Below, one piece after another: positions 26,249 to 37,369 of a DNA stretch of 52,138 nt (positions within the stretch are counted from its first letter, which is position 1; each line of letters starts with the position of its first letter). Under the pieces are notes generated by a model that searched no databases, had not been told where the DNA came from, and saw only the letters and a list, made by a program, of their open reading frames with translations. Source of the DNA: Sarea resinae. Its lineage: Eukaryota. The stretch is taken from NCBI GenBank assembly GCA_026026165.1, contig JAPEUD010000110.1, positions 1-52,138 of the forward strand, written 5' to 3'. The position numbers and the translations under genes are program-made.

Positions 26249-28062
26249 ATGAATTTCTCTCGAGCCTCACCCTTCATCTGCAATAGATGCATAGGCATAT
26301 TGCAGCGAGGTGTAGGCAGGCGCCAGCAAGCGCTCCAAGGAGCACAGCCCCGGTGCTTCTCCAGCGGTCCGATACTGCAGCAGGGCGGACATGGACGGTC
26401 ATTCCGCGTGGCCGTCATCGGCTCAGGCCCTGCCGGCTTCTACTCGGCATATAAGTTGATGTCGAAGATGGAAGATGCGGTGGTGGATATGTATGAGCAT
26501 CTGCCCGTACCATACGGTCTGGTGCGCTTTGGTGTTGCTCCAGACCATCCCGAGGTCAAGGTGCGCATATCGTGACTCGATGCAATGCCGAGGCCTCTTT
26601 TGTGACACATGAGCCATCGCAGAACTGCCAGGACAAATTCAACGAAGTAGCTTCTTCCTCCCGCTTCAACTTCATCGGGAACATCTCCGTGGGCACAGAT
26701 CTGCCCCTCGCCTCTCTCCGACCCCACTACGACGCCTTTCTTTTCGCCTACGGCGCATCGCAAGATCGCGAGCTCGGCATCCCCGGTGAAACGAACCAAA
26801 GCGTCTACTCGGCGCGTGCATTCGTAGGTTGGTACAATGGACTTCCCGAATATGCGTCCTTGGACCCTACTTTTGACCTCACATCTCGTGGCGAGGACGC
26901 CGTCCTAATCGGCCAAGGCAATGTGGCACTCGATATTGCGCGCCTGCTGTTGACGGACATCGATGTCCTCCGGAAGACAGATATCACCGAACAGGCGCTG
27001 GACGTGCTATCAAAGAGCCGGATTAAACGAGTCACTATCGTTGGCCGCAGAGGCCCAATGCAGGTCTGTTTCTCTTCTCATATCCTCTCTCGATTCTATA
27101 CTTATACCGTCCGACAGGCCGCCTTCACGATAAAAGAAGTCCGTGAACTCATGAGCCTCCCCTCCGTTGCCTTCGAACCCATTACCCCCTCCCTCCTCCC
27201 ACCGGCCGGCACATCCCTTCCCCGTCCGCAAAAGCGCCTCCTCCAACTTCTCCAAAAGCAACCCTCAATCCCCGACCCCGACGCCTCAAAATCCTGGTCC
27301 CTCCGCTTCCTCTTGTCGCCCCTCGCCTTTCAAACCACCCCCACGTCCTCACCATCCCACGCCGACGAACTCACCTCCATCCTCTTCGCGCAAAACGCTC
27401 TACCCCAAGACGCACCCTTCTCCCCCAACGCCCGCGTCACGCCGACAGACACAACAACCACCCTGCCAGCAAGCATCGCCTTCCGCTCAATCGGCTACAA
27501 ATCCGCCCCCTTACCAGGATTCTCGGACCTCAACATCCCCTTCGACGCCCGCACTGGCATCATCCCTAACGACCTCCACGGCCGCGTCCTCGCCACCACT
27601 GCCACCACGTCCTCCTCCTCTTCTTCTTCTTCGGAGATACCAGGGTCCCTGGCCGCGAGACACGTGCCCGGCATCTACTGCGCCGGCTGGGTCAAACGCG
27701 GCCCCACGGGCGTCATCGCCAGCACCATGGACGACGCCTTCAACACGGCGTCCGTGATAGCCTCCGACTGGGCCTCTCGCGCCCTCTTCCTCAACGGCCC
27801 CGGGCGTGGCGTCTCCAACCCCGCCACCGGTGCCACCACCACCACTACGGACAGCAACAACATCAGCAGCAGCAATAGCGAAGGCAGCACTGGCCTCGGC
27901 TGGGACGGCGTCAAGGCCGAGGCCGACAAGTTGGGATTGAGGCGAGTCAGCTGGGCGGACTGGCAGCGCATCGATGCGGCCGAGAGGCAGCGGGGCAGGG
28001 AGCGCGGCAAGGAGAGGGAGAAGTTTGCCTCTGTGACAGACATGCTTGCTGTTTTGGACTAG
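26249..28062 (+). CDS. ARH1: Mitochondrial NADPH:adrenodoxin (ferredoxin) oxidoreductase
   Basis: VAVIGSGPAGFY, PYGLVRFGVAPDHPEVK, SARAFVGWYNG, IGQGNVALD, VGRRGP, RSIGY and GWVKRGPTGVI. Exons 26249-26560, 26623-27063, 27118-28062. Confidence 0.95.
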
Positions 28063-28610
28063 ACGGTGCTTTGTTGGCTGGCTGGTGAGGCATATGATGG
28101 GGCATGTTTGTGCGCGTATATGTATGTGTGCGTATAGGGGTGTGTATATTTATGTGTATATAGAGGATCATGTGTGCATAGGTAGCTCAACACAGATACC
28201 ATAGACAGAACAGACAGATAAAACGGCAAGAAGCCCGACCCCCGCTCAATCCAACTTCCAGTCAAGTTCCCTATTGTACACAGCCAGCCAGCCCGCCTGC
28301 ACGTCACGTTAAGTAAAGCCCAACGCCCAAAACCCTCCAAACCCTTTCCATCGCATCCCATCCCATCCCATCCAAAGACACAACCCTCCACATCTCCACA
28401 TGTCCGCATCTGCGAGGCCGTGGTACCCAGCAATTCCATTCCATTCCCTTTCCGATCCCCAGGGCAGACGCAGTGATACCAGATATAGACAGACTTTGTA
28501 CTTACTGACCTTACTTGCCTACCTACGTGCTCGTCCAGACCCGAAGAGATCATGAAAAGACAAAAAAGAAAAAAAAGAAAAGAAAAGAAAGCTGATGTGC
28601 TATCGACCGA

Positions 28611-28659
28611 GCTACTGCGGTCCAAGCCGCGTTTGCCTGCTGATCACATGACCCGTGCG
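28611..28659 (+). repeat. Dispersed 49-bp repeat, copy 1 (copy 2 at 39109-39157)
   Basis: GCTACTGCGGTccaaGCCGCGTTTGCCTGCTGATCACATGACCCGTGCG versus GCTACTGCGGTatatGCTGCGTTTGTCTGCTAATCACATGACCCGTGCG; 43/49 identical by eye. Confidence 0.85.
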
Positions 28660-29198
28660 GCTTTTACCAAGGCCTGCAGGTTGCTCCGATCGACTCAGGG
28701 CTATTCATCTACACATGCAAAATAATCAAAGCATGAGGTTGTGACATGAACAAGTCATACAAGAGACTGCCCTTGGACGAAGTATTGTTTTGGCATTTTC
28801 TGCAATGATATCATGCAGTCCTGTCAGTCATAAGTCAGCATTTGAGATGAGGAATGCACGTGCGAGTATGAGTTGACATCGGAAAGCCCGAGAGAGGCAT
28901 ACTAAGTATTGCTTCGTATTGCTTGCCCGTCATTGGAATCCATGTGAATGAATTCCATGAATGGATTCCATGGATAGCGGGCTTGGTACGCTCTGAGACG
29001 AGTCACGATTGAGTGATGGCTTTACACGAGGACTTACTGCGTACTGCGTGCTACTACGTAGTACTTCAGTAGACGTTCAGGCGATTGAATCGCTTTGTCA
29101 GATATATACATAGTACGGAGTAGATGTCGATTGCAAAACGATCAGATAGTAAAGTTCGCTAATGGAAGGCCTGCGATACAGTACCCCGTACATCTTTC

Positions 29199-29207
29199 TG
29201 GGATTCG
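29199..29207 (+). repeat. Left target-site duplication TGGGATTCG (9 bp)
   Basis: The identical 9-mer directly follows the right TIR at 37361-37369. Confidence 0.93.
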
Positions 29208-29228
29208 TTACCTCAGCAGGCTCAGACC
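29208..29228 (+). repeat. Left terminal inverted repeat TTACCTCAGCAGGCTCAGACC
   Basis: The reverse complement of 37340-37360 is TTACCTCAGCATGCTCAGACC (one mismatch). Confidence 0.93.
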
Positions 29229-29724
29229 ATAGATCACGTGGACCTGGATTAACATCCGGCCCGTTCGGATGAATGACTAATCATTCCCAAAAGGGAAATC
29301 CACGAGATTATAGTCTGAGGCAGATTTACTAACTTTGTATAGACTGAGCGCGAGTTATTAACGCGTTGCAGATATTTAACTCAGTATATCTCTGCAATTA
29401 TATCTGCAAGTATCTTTAAAACCTAATCACCTATAAAGAATATATAAGGCTATGTAATAGTCTGTTTTACATCTTATAAGGATTATTAGTTTAGGATATC
29501 TTATGCCTTAAAGTTAAAAACGTGTTAGTAAGAGCGAGCAGCTTTAATTCTAGCAGATATGCTAATTTGTGACTGCTACAGCAATATCTGCTATATACCT
29601 GCAGCGAATGATTTCTGATACACTCTAGGTCAATTATAAGCGCCTGTAAGGGCTGTTTTTATCTGTGCTACACCTGCATAACCACCTTGCTATTAACTAT
29701 ATCTGCTGTTGTTGCTTAGGTTAG

Positions 29725-32470
29725 ATGCCGCTAAAGAAACACACCTGTAGAGAGTTATATAACTGCAAGGTAGATAAAGAGATAGAGCAATAACAGCGCG
29801 ATAGAATAGCCTATAATAGACTGTTAACAGACAAAGAGCGTTAAATATAGAAGCTGTAAGATAATATTAGGAAGTAGGCAACTCCTTGCTAAGCATACTA
29901 AGCAGCGTTTAGGCCTATAAACCTTAGAGGTTTGTTAGTTTAGGAGTTCAGCACAAACAGCCCTCTTTTGTTCGACTATTTAAGAGTTTAGCACGAACAG
30001 CCCTCTTTTGTCTAGCTGTTTAGCCTTTAGAGCACTATATATGTCCTATCTCTATAGAGTAGCTAGTAGAGTAGTTGCTAATGCTATCCTATCACAAATC
30101 ATTGTTTGTACTCTATTTGTGAGTTTGTAGATTTGTACAAACCTTGCGCATATCCTTTGCATACACGAACTAAGTTAGCCTAGCCACTCACAGATAACAT
30201 TTAACAGCTCTATAATGCAGATAAAGAGGAACAACAAGAGGCTATTAACGCTATTATCTGCGCGATATATCTATATAGCAGACAGCTAGGGCAGCTGATA
30301 GCACTCTGCTAGTTGCTATATACTAAGCAAGACTTATTCCTTATCGCTAAGACCTTGTTTAGAAAGAGCATAATAATGCAGTCGCTCTTGTGCCTAGTCT
30401 GCAGGGCTATAGTTCTTGTTATCCTTCTGTTAAATAAGATTAGTAAAGAGCAGACTGCGCAGATAAGAGGACTCACTAGTATAAAGCCTGTTTATATAAC
30501 AGGAGATAATAACAACTATCTGCTGCTTAAGGCTATCTGTATAGGCGAATATACCTATATCCTAATGTTGTTAGAACTAGCTGTCAGCCTAAAATTAGAG
30601 CGGATATAGAAGGATGTTAGACTACAGGCGCAGATATCGCTAGTAGTCTTAGATAAGGTGCATCTAGTGTCAAATTAGTCCTTCTTCTGCTGTTCTTATG
30701 CTAGTCTTAGCATACTGCGCAGATTACTCAGAACTAAGCCCTGGTTCGCCTGCACTGCAACGCTAGATAATAATACGTTCGCAGATGTACGCTGACTTAC
30801 AGGCTTTAGAGAAGATATTAAGGTTGTCTGCACTTCTATTAATTGTCTAGAACTAGCAATCGTCTGAGAATATATACGCAGAGGCAATAAGCGATCGTTT
30901 AATTGCCTCTACTTTATTATTAAAGGCTGCAGCGCTAGTATTAGGGATACTCTATTGTCTGCCGCAGATGTAACGTCTAGGACTAGCAGACTAGACGCTA
31001 TAGCATCAGCTGCGCTTAGTCTAGACTGTTTAGCATTAGGTCAATGTGCTAGTCAGTATTACTAGAATGATTGTCTAACTCTGCAGCGGATAACAAAGAC
31101 AGTTGTCTTTATAAACAGCAAGCGATTGCTAAAGGAAGCTTATGACAAGGTGCGCAGATAGTTGCAAGAGCGCAGATATCTAGCGCGGCTAGCAATGCAG
31201 ACTATTAGAGTATACTATGCTACGCTTGCAACAAACGACAAGGAGCAGATATAGCATGAATTTTCAGAACAACTGTCTAGGATCTAGGTATTGTTCTGCT
31301 CTAATGCAGTTGCATAAGGAGCAGATATCGCAGATATTAAGCGTGTTATCCACTTTAGTCTGTTCTGCAACCGCCTTACAAGCCTAGTCTAGCAACGTTT
31401 TAGTCGTGCAGCACGCGGCAGCAGTTAGAAGAGTGAGGCAATACTGCTTGTTAATGACTAGTGTAAGGGTCTAAAGGTGCAGACAAACCTTAGGGGTATT
31501 AGCAAGACTAACAGTTAGCAGCAGATCAGGGCTACTACAGCGCAGACACTTGTTTCCTTATCCTAGTCAAGTTAGCTAAGTTAAGAATACAATTGCAGAG
31601 ATAGTAAGGATTCTAACAATATAAGTAATGTCTCTATCTCTGCCTTAATCGCACTGCTAGACAAAGCAGACAGTCAACTACAGACTATATAAGAATTGAC
31701 TCTAGGAGGATTGTGTGTAGCCTTACCCGCTGAATTAAGGCCTTGTCCTGCGGATTTAAGGCCTAGAAGCGTGTATAAACAGAGAGCAGACCTTCTATAT
31801 CTGCTATATAACTTTGCGAACAAGGAAAAGGCTTGCCTGCAGCAGATATTCCTACAGACCTTTAACAAAGACTTAGCAGATAATAGCACTAAAGAGCTTG
31901 TTCCTAGCAGACGCTGCTGTTCGAACTGCAATCCAGAACTTTAGCTGTCTAAAAGGCCTAACTTTAGACTATTTAGCAGTGATATGCTGCGGTTAAAGAA
32001 CAACAAGCACTTAATCAGCCAGATTAAGCAATAGATATTAGACTAGGCGCAGACGAAATACAGCGATATGATTTAGATCCTAGTCCTAGGATATGTGATT
32101 TCGTCTGATGTTGTTTAGCAGATATGCAATTAGAAGCATAGTATCTACAACGCAGAAACGCTGCTTTGCTATGCAGAATAGGATAGAGGAGACTTTAATA
32201 AGGCTGATCTAGACTTATTAGCAGCGTTTATCTGCGCAGATAGTTAGGTTCTGCGTTTATATAGGGATGCACTAATTATAGCTAATTCTCCTTTGTTACT
32301 AACGCTACTAGAGTTAAATCAACTGTCTAACTAGCTGCTAACAGCCACTAATTATCGCTGTAAATCAATGACTATTAACAAGTTAGTGTTAGATAGGGCA
32401 CTAAAGAGACAGCAGCTATTAGCTCCTATTAATATAAATAGAAATATCTGCAGCGAACAAAGGAAGTAAA
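29725..32470 (+). pseudogene. RecQ-like superfamily-2 DEAH helicase of the transposon, RIP-degraded (ends approximate)
   Basis: One frame retains AKTLFRKS (~AKTSFGKS, motif I), LLNKISKEQ (Ia), LDKVHLVSN* (~DEVH..W, II), FACTATLD (III), CSNAVA*GADIADIKRVIHF (V), *QRFSRAARG (~WQRFGRAAR, VI) and CLQQIF...CCSNC (RecQ Zn site). Many TAA/TAG stops. Probable intron at 29930-30130. Confidence 0.88.
29941..30020 (+). repeat. 40-bp tandem duplication inside the element (putative helicase intron)
   Basis: Two copies of ...GAGTTYAGCACRAACAGCCCTCTTTTGT..., differing by transitions. Confidence 0.8.
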
Positions 32471-32544
32471 CAAAGGCAGACTAAATAGCAGTGAATATCT
32501 ACAGCGAACAAAGAAGGTAAACAAAGGCAGACTAAATAACAGTG
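32443..32544 (+). repeat. 51-bp tandem duplication inside the element
   Basis: AATATCTRCAGCGAACAAAGRARGTAAACAAAGGCAGACTAAATARCAGTG x2, differing only by G/A. Confidence 0.85.
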
Positions 32545-32774
32545 AATGTAAAGCTATTCGCTTGTATAGCTGCATTAGTTAGCAGCACACCTTTGTATTC
32601 GACCTCTTTGTTTGTCTTATAACCTACCTAACTATAACATCCTTATTAACATCCTTATTAACATTATTAGCATCATTATTATCAACATCATTAGTATTAT
32701 CATTATTAACATCATTACTACCCTTATTAACAGCCTATTAGCAGCGATTATATCAGCGTTAAACAGCTACTAAG

Positions 32775-34115
32775 ATGCTACCTAGTGAAGCAGACAATAA
32801 TAAATTGAACTAGTACGTTAAGGCTGTGATTAAGGAGAGGGCTAGAGCACTAGGACCCTTGTAGGCTATAGCCTAAGGTTATTATCTAAGACAACAACTA
32901 ATGTAATAATAGCAGAGAGATAGTTAAGACAAATAAGACAGTAAGAGTAGCAGCAAATGTTAGCAGACTACTATTATTACTTCTAGTATGTTGATCTGCC
33001 CTATAAATAACTTAGTTAGCTGCAGCTAATAAGACAGCTGTATTTCGGCTGCTAAGAGATAGAGGCAGCAGAAGAGGTGGCTGCCTACAATAAGAACCTG
33101 CGTTTAGATAATCTAGCAAGCGTTAAGAACATAGCTGCTCCTCCTAGTGATACTGTACTGTCTATGCCGCGTAGCCTGCTATCTCTGCTGTCTGATAAAC
33201 TATCTTTGCTGCAGTCACTAATGTCTCTACAGTCTCTACTGCCTTAGACGCTGTCTCTGCTGCTCTAGACACTCTCTCTACTAGCTTAGCTAGCTTAACT
33301 AGCTTAGACACTCTCTCTAGATAGTCTACCACTAAGCTAGTCTACTTTTTAGGATAGTATATAGGACGTCTGCTGTCTGATTTAGCCTAACTAGCTAGCC
33401 CCTAATCTAGCTGTGTAGGATAGCCTTTTAGAGACTCGCTAAAAGGTATATGCTTACGCTAATCTTATTGTGAATGATCTGTACTAGGGCGTTTCACTTA
33501 CTAGGAAATGCGAAAGGTGCGTTAATAAAGGCATTCTATGCATAATCTATTAGAGTAGGCTAAAAAGGCAGATAGTAAAGCTAGAGGACAACTGTGTAGA
33601 GTGCTGTGTAGCAGGCAAACTGTGCCGCTATAATGCAGACGCAGACAATAATGACAAAGACAATAATGCGCAGCCTGTAAGCAGATTAGCAGTGCAGATA
33701 TCAAACATCACTAACCCTGTATTAGGAGCAACCTCCTCTGCAGCAAGTGACACGTTGATTGGCTAAACAAGCAAATAATAATTAAGACAATAGTCTACTG
33801 CAAAAGAAGGTATAACAGATCTATCTGCACTTATTAGGCATAAGCTGACGTAGTATATAGAGCTGTAAGAAGGACAGTTAAAAGCCTGTTAAGGAGAGCG
33901 ATGTCACTAAGCAAGCACCTGTACAGCCTACTGCAACGCCTTTAACAAATATCTGCACTAGCAGCGAATCAATCATGCTATCTGCACTAGGACAAGGTGC
34001 TATAGAACAGCGGGTTACAGACCTAGGCGCAGAAGTGACCTACCTTAGGGCAGAAGTGGCGCAGGTATCTAGAAATATCCTTAAGATATTAGCTATTATC
34101 TGCTGTAGGGCCTAG
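32775..34115 (+). pseudogene. Third transposon gene: Zn(II)2Cys6-like motif plus C-terminal coiled coil, RIP-degraded (ends approximate)
   Basis: 33509-33625 reads CERCVNKGILC-x17-CVECCVAGKLC (C-x2-C-x6-C-x17-C-x2-C-x6-C, one internal stop). ~34000-34100 reads IEQRVTDLGAEVTYLRAEVAQVSRNILKILAII (heptad-like). Candidate introns at ~33446-33487 and ~33745-33793. Confidence 0.55.
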
Positions 34116-34189
34116 TAGTTAGCTTAGTAGTTAGTTTATTAGCGTGTTAGTGCTGTCACGCGTTTTCTAGTATTAAATTGAGTCTTTTA

Positions 34190-37111
34190 CCTGCGAACAT
34201 AATATCACAGAGTGATAATATTAGAACATTACACTATAGAATATCTGCTATACTCTAGCTGCACACGCTACATATCCTACGCCTAATAAGATGTTAATAT
34301 AACTGTATATTAATAGCAGATATACAAGTAAATGCTTATGTCTAAGCCTACTAAGGCTTGCACTATATCCTCCTTAATATCTCTAACAACTTAGTCGCCT
34401 AGTTCTATATATCTGTTGTTAAACAAAGGTAATCCTCTGCGCGCTAATTGATTAACGCCTAACTGCAGTAGACTAGGTGCAACATACATAGATAAGCGAT
34501 CTTAGCGGCAGATAATTGAATCTTAAGCGATTAGATTAGCAAGACTTTTAATATCTTCTGCAGCAGACCTGTCTAGATAAGATACATTGATCTGCTTGCT
34601 AAACGAGAATTCAAACTAAGCCTGTAGCAGAGCAAGATAGCTGCTTATTAACACTGACTATTTGAACAGCGCTGTTACATTAAATGTTGAGTTGCCTTTT
34701 GTCTGCAAAAGAGTCTTTAGCTTAAGGTTTAGGAGTTTGTTTAATTGATCGACCTTAAAGAAGGCGTCTAATCTAGTATAGTTGCTGATAAGACTGTTTG
34801 CAAGGATCGCCTGCTGCAGATATCGATCACAGATAGGAGTAGATATTAGCCGCTAAAGACAAATCATTTCTCACAAGTAGTTATGCGATAAACTCCTACT
34901 GAAATATAGACAGCTACAAGCAATAACGCGGTAGAGCAACCTAATATCTGCGCGTTTAATAGCATGCCTTAACGTTATATATGTCTTAATGTAGTGTAAG
35001 AAGCAGATATAATTAGAATACTCTAAATCATGCAGCAAACGCTGTTTATAAGAGCTTCGCTTTTGATTAGGCGCTGAAGAAGCTATATCTGCTAGGTCCT
35101 TGCTTGTTTTGTACTAGGCTAGTTCCTAATAGGCGGTAGTAGAAAAGACTCTTTAGCAGATATCCTCTACCTGTCAAAGAAAATCTGCAGGACTTAGTTA
35201 GCAGATATATTTAGCTATCTAACCTTTATGCCTGTTCTTAAATCTAGCAGGCAAATCCGATATAAATAGAGCAACGATCTGCGCCTAAAAGCTATACTAG
35301 ACTAGTTCTTGCTAGTAGTAGAATAGCGCTTTATCTGCAGGTATATTCTGACAGCTAAGGAAGTTAATATGCGAATAGAGGGTTAAGTATTGCTAGATAT
35401 TACTCTCTCTACTATAATGTAACCTAACAATTAATGCTAAAAGGTTTATCTGCAAGTAGAAGAGACTAGGCACTAGTAATGCCTAGGCGAGGCGATTGTA
35501 GGCATCTGCTGCCTCTACCTACTCAATTTAGTAAGAGCAGATAAGGCTTGCTGTTTTCTAATCTCTAAATATTAAGACTAACTGTTTCTTAAAGTTAACT
35601 GTATCTTAGCTGAGCTAGCAGACAAATATGTTGTCAAGCACATTATATGTGCCTGAAATAGAACCCTTACTCTTAGTGATTAGTCCTAGTGTAAGATGCT
35701 CTGTCTGCAAGGGCAGAAGAACATTAACGCATAGTATCTGCAGGAATTAAACACTATCCGCTGCAAATATAGCCTCTATCTGTTCTAGAAACGCTGCGCA
35801 GATAGAACTAGCAATAAAGTGAGTCAATATCTTAGTCTGTGTCTTATCTATAAAATTCCTGTCTGCCTTAAGTAGATCTATTACCTCTATACAGATATCT
35901 AGATAGTATATGTCTTAAGTAAGTAGTCTATTTAGCAAGCATTGTCTGTGCAGTAGCTTTCTAGTCGTGTATAAACGAAAATCTCTGGTATTACCTACAG
36001 TCTAGTGTTGCACTCTTTGTTGCCACTTAAAGTTATTGTAGACCACTATGAAATCCTATGTCTGCGCTGTAGAGGAGATATTTGCCTTGTTTTAGTTAGC
36101 TAGGTCTGCTAAATAGAAGGCGTTAATATCACGTTCCTTGCTCTGCTCTAATATCTGCAGCTTCTGCATATTAATTGTGCGATATCTGTCTATAAGTCTA
36201 AGGCTATGCAGCACGCTTAACGCTTAGCAGGTCAGCCCTATATCCTTTAAATATAGTCCTAACAGGCGCGCGAAACAGTTTATAGAAGTCCTTAAACAGC
36301 TAAGGCTTAGTATTAATATAGTCATAACTATTTAGCCTTTATCTGCTAGGGTTCTCTGCTAATACACAGTGCTAGACTGTTTTACCTCTGCTGCACTACA
36401 GATAAGACATGTAAGCATAGGCGCTATCCGCTTAATAGTGTCTGCAGTGCTAGAGATATTAAGCTCCTTAAAACCTAGGTCCTTATTGTATTGCCTAAAC
36501 AACAGACATTCGCCTTGCAGCCTGTCTAGCTTATTGCAGATAAGAGTAATAGCGCTGTTAACAACTGCAGCTTAGCCTTTGTCTGCACTAATCAGAAGTG
36601 TATAAAGACCCTTATAACTAAGGATAAGGTTAAAAAGGTCTTCTCTTCTCTTTATCTGCTGCTACTTGTTACATTCTACAGTGCTCTCTAGCTAGAGTTG
36701 TATAAAGTAGATAGGCGTTATCTGCTATTCCTATAGTTGCCTTAGGATACCTTAGACCTTTTCCTCTAGGCTTAAACGCTTAGTTGTATTAGGAGATAAA
36801 GTAGAAGGAGAAGATAACAGTAGCAGATCAGATATCTTAGGCGATAAACGCGAATATAATAGTAGATATACAGGCAAATCAGATAACTTAGGCGTTAAAA
36901 GCAAATCTAAAGACAATAATAGCGAATCAGGCACCTTAAGCAGTGATAGCAGATGTATTAATAACAGTAGTGATAGTGGCGAATTGAGATTAGGCTATAA
37001 CTGCGGTGCAGATAGTAGAGTTTGCAGTCTCTAAGGTGTATCTGCAGCAGATAAAGCCTTTGTCCTGCAGCGCTTCCTGCTAGTTCTAGAAAAAGGAGCA
37101 GATGCTGACAT
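34190..37111 (-). pseudogene. Academ-type DDE transposase (DUF6589-like), RIP-degraded (3' end approximate)
   Basis: A single frame from ATG 37111 contains VVYNNFKW (~YDNFEW, ~36040), IFRD*KT (~GDQKT, ~35560), RLA*ALLVPSLFYLQIN (~WALPVPGLFHLQMN, ~35470) and ANSLISNYTRLDAFFKVDQLNKLLN (~N..G...F.D..E..N, ~34770). All revert by C>T/G>A back-mutation. Confidence 0.82.
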
Positions 37112-37339
37112 TCTAATCGAATATAGAGCAGATCTAGACCTTTCTTTTCAGCCTCTTTTCATTACAGACAGCGTTGTGGTTGCGGATATCTTATGGTTTG
37201 AAGTTGATAATAATCGCCTCTATACAAATGACCCGCTCAGCCCATACAAAGTCGGTCAAAAGTGCCTCAGACCTCTGGCTGGTCAATTGCCTAGTTAGGC
37301 AATAGTGGTCCGTGCTTAGCGGACCACGTGACCGAGCGA

Positions 37340-37360
37340 GGTCTGAGCATGCTGAGGTAA
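37340..37360 (-). repeat. Right terminal inverted repeat
   Basis: GGTCTGAGCATGCTGAGGTAA, the inverted match to 29208-29228. Confidence 0.93.
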
Positions 37361-37369
37361 TGGGATTCG
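37361..37369 (+). repeat. Right target-site duplication TGGGATTCG
   Basis: Identical to 29199-29207. Confidence 0.93.

Larger units (their letters stand above)
29208..37360. mobile_element. Full-length RIP-inactivated AcademH-like DNA transposon (transposase + RecQ-like helicase + third ORF), 8153 bp
   Basis: 21-bp TIRs (20/21 match), 9-bp TSD, AT/TpA-rich interior with decayed frames, and convergent helicase and transposase pseudogenes. A helicase plus a 9-10 bp TSD is the known signature of the AcademH lineage. Confidence 0.88.

Noticed and set aside
30313..36934. Short ORF-track entries inside the AT-rich block treated as independent genes
   Set aside because: They are stop-bounded fragments of the RIPed helicase and transposase frames, or noise.
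34190..37111. MULE/Mutator assignment based on the 9-bp TSD
   Set aside because: The recoverable motifs (YDN, GDQxT, PGLFH, D..E..N) and the linked RecQ-like helicase fit Academ better. Not formally excluded without an HMM search.
29208..37360. Helitron, Starship, or telomere-linked/host RecQ gene as the identity of the helicase block
   Set aside because: The helicase is SF2 DEAH/RecQ-like rather than Pif1 with a Rep domain. No tyrosine-recombinase motifs or telomere repeats were seen. Clear TIRs, a 9-bp TSD and a DDE transposase are present.
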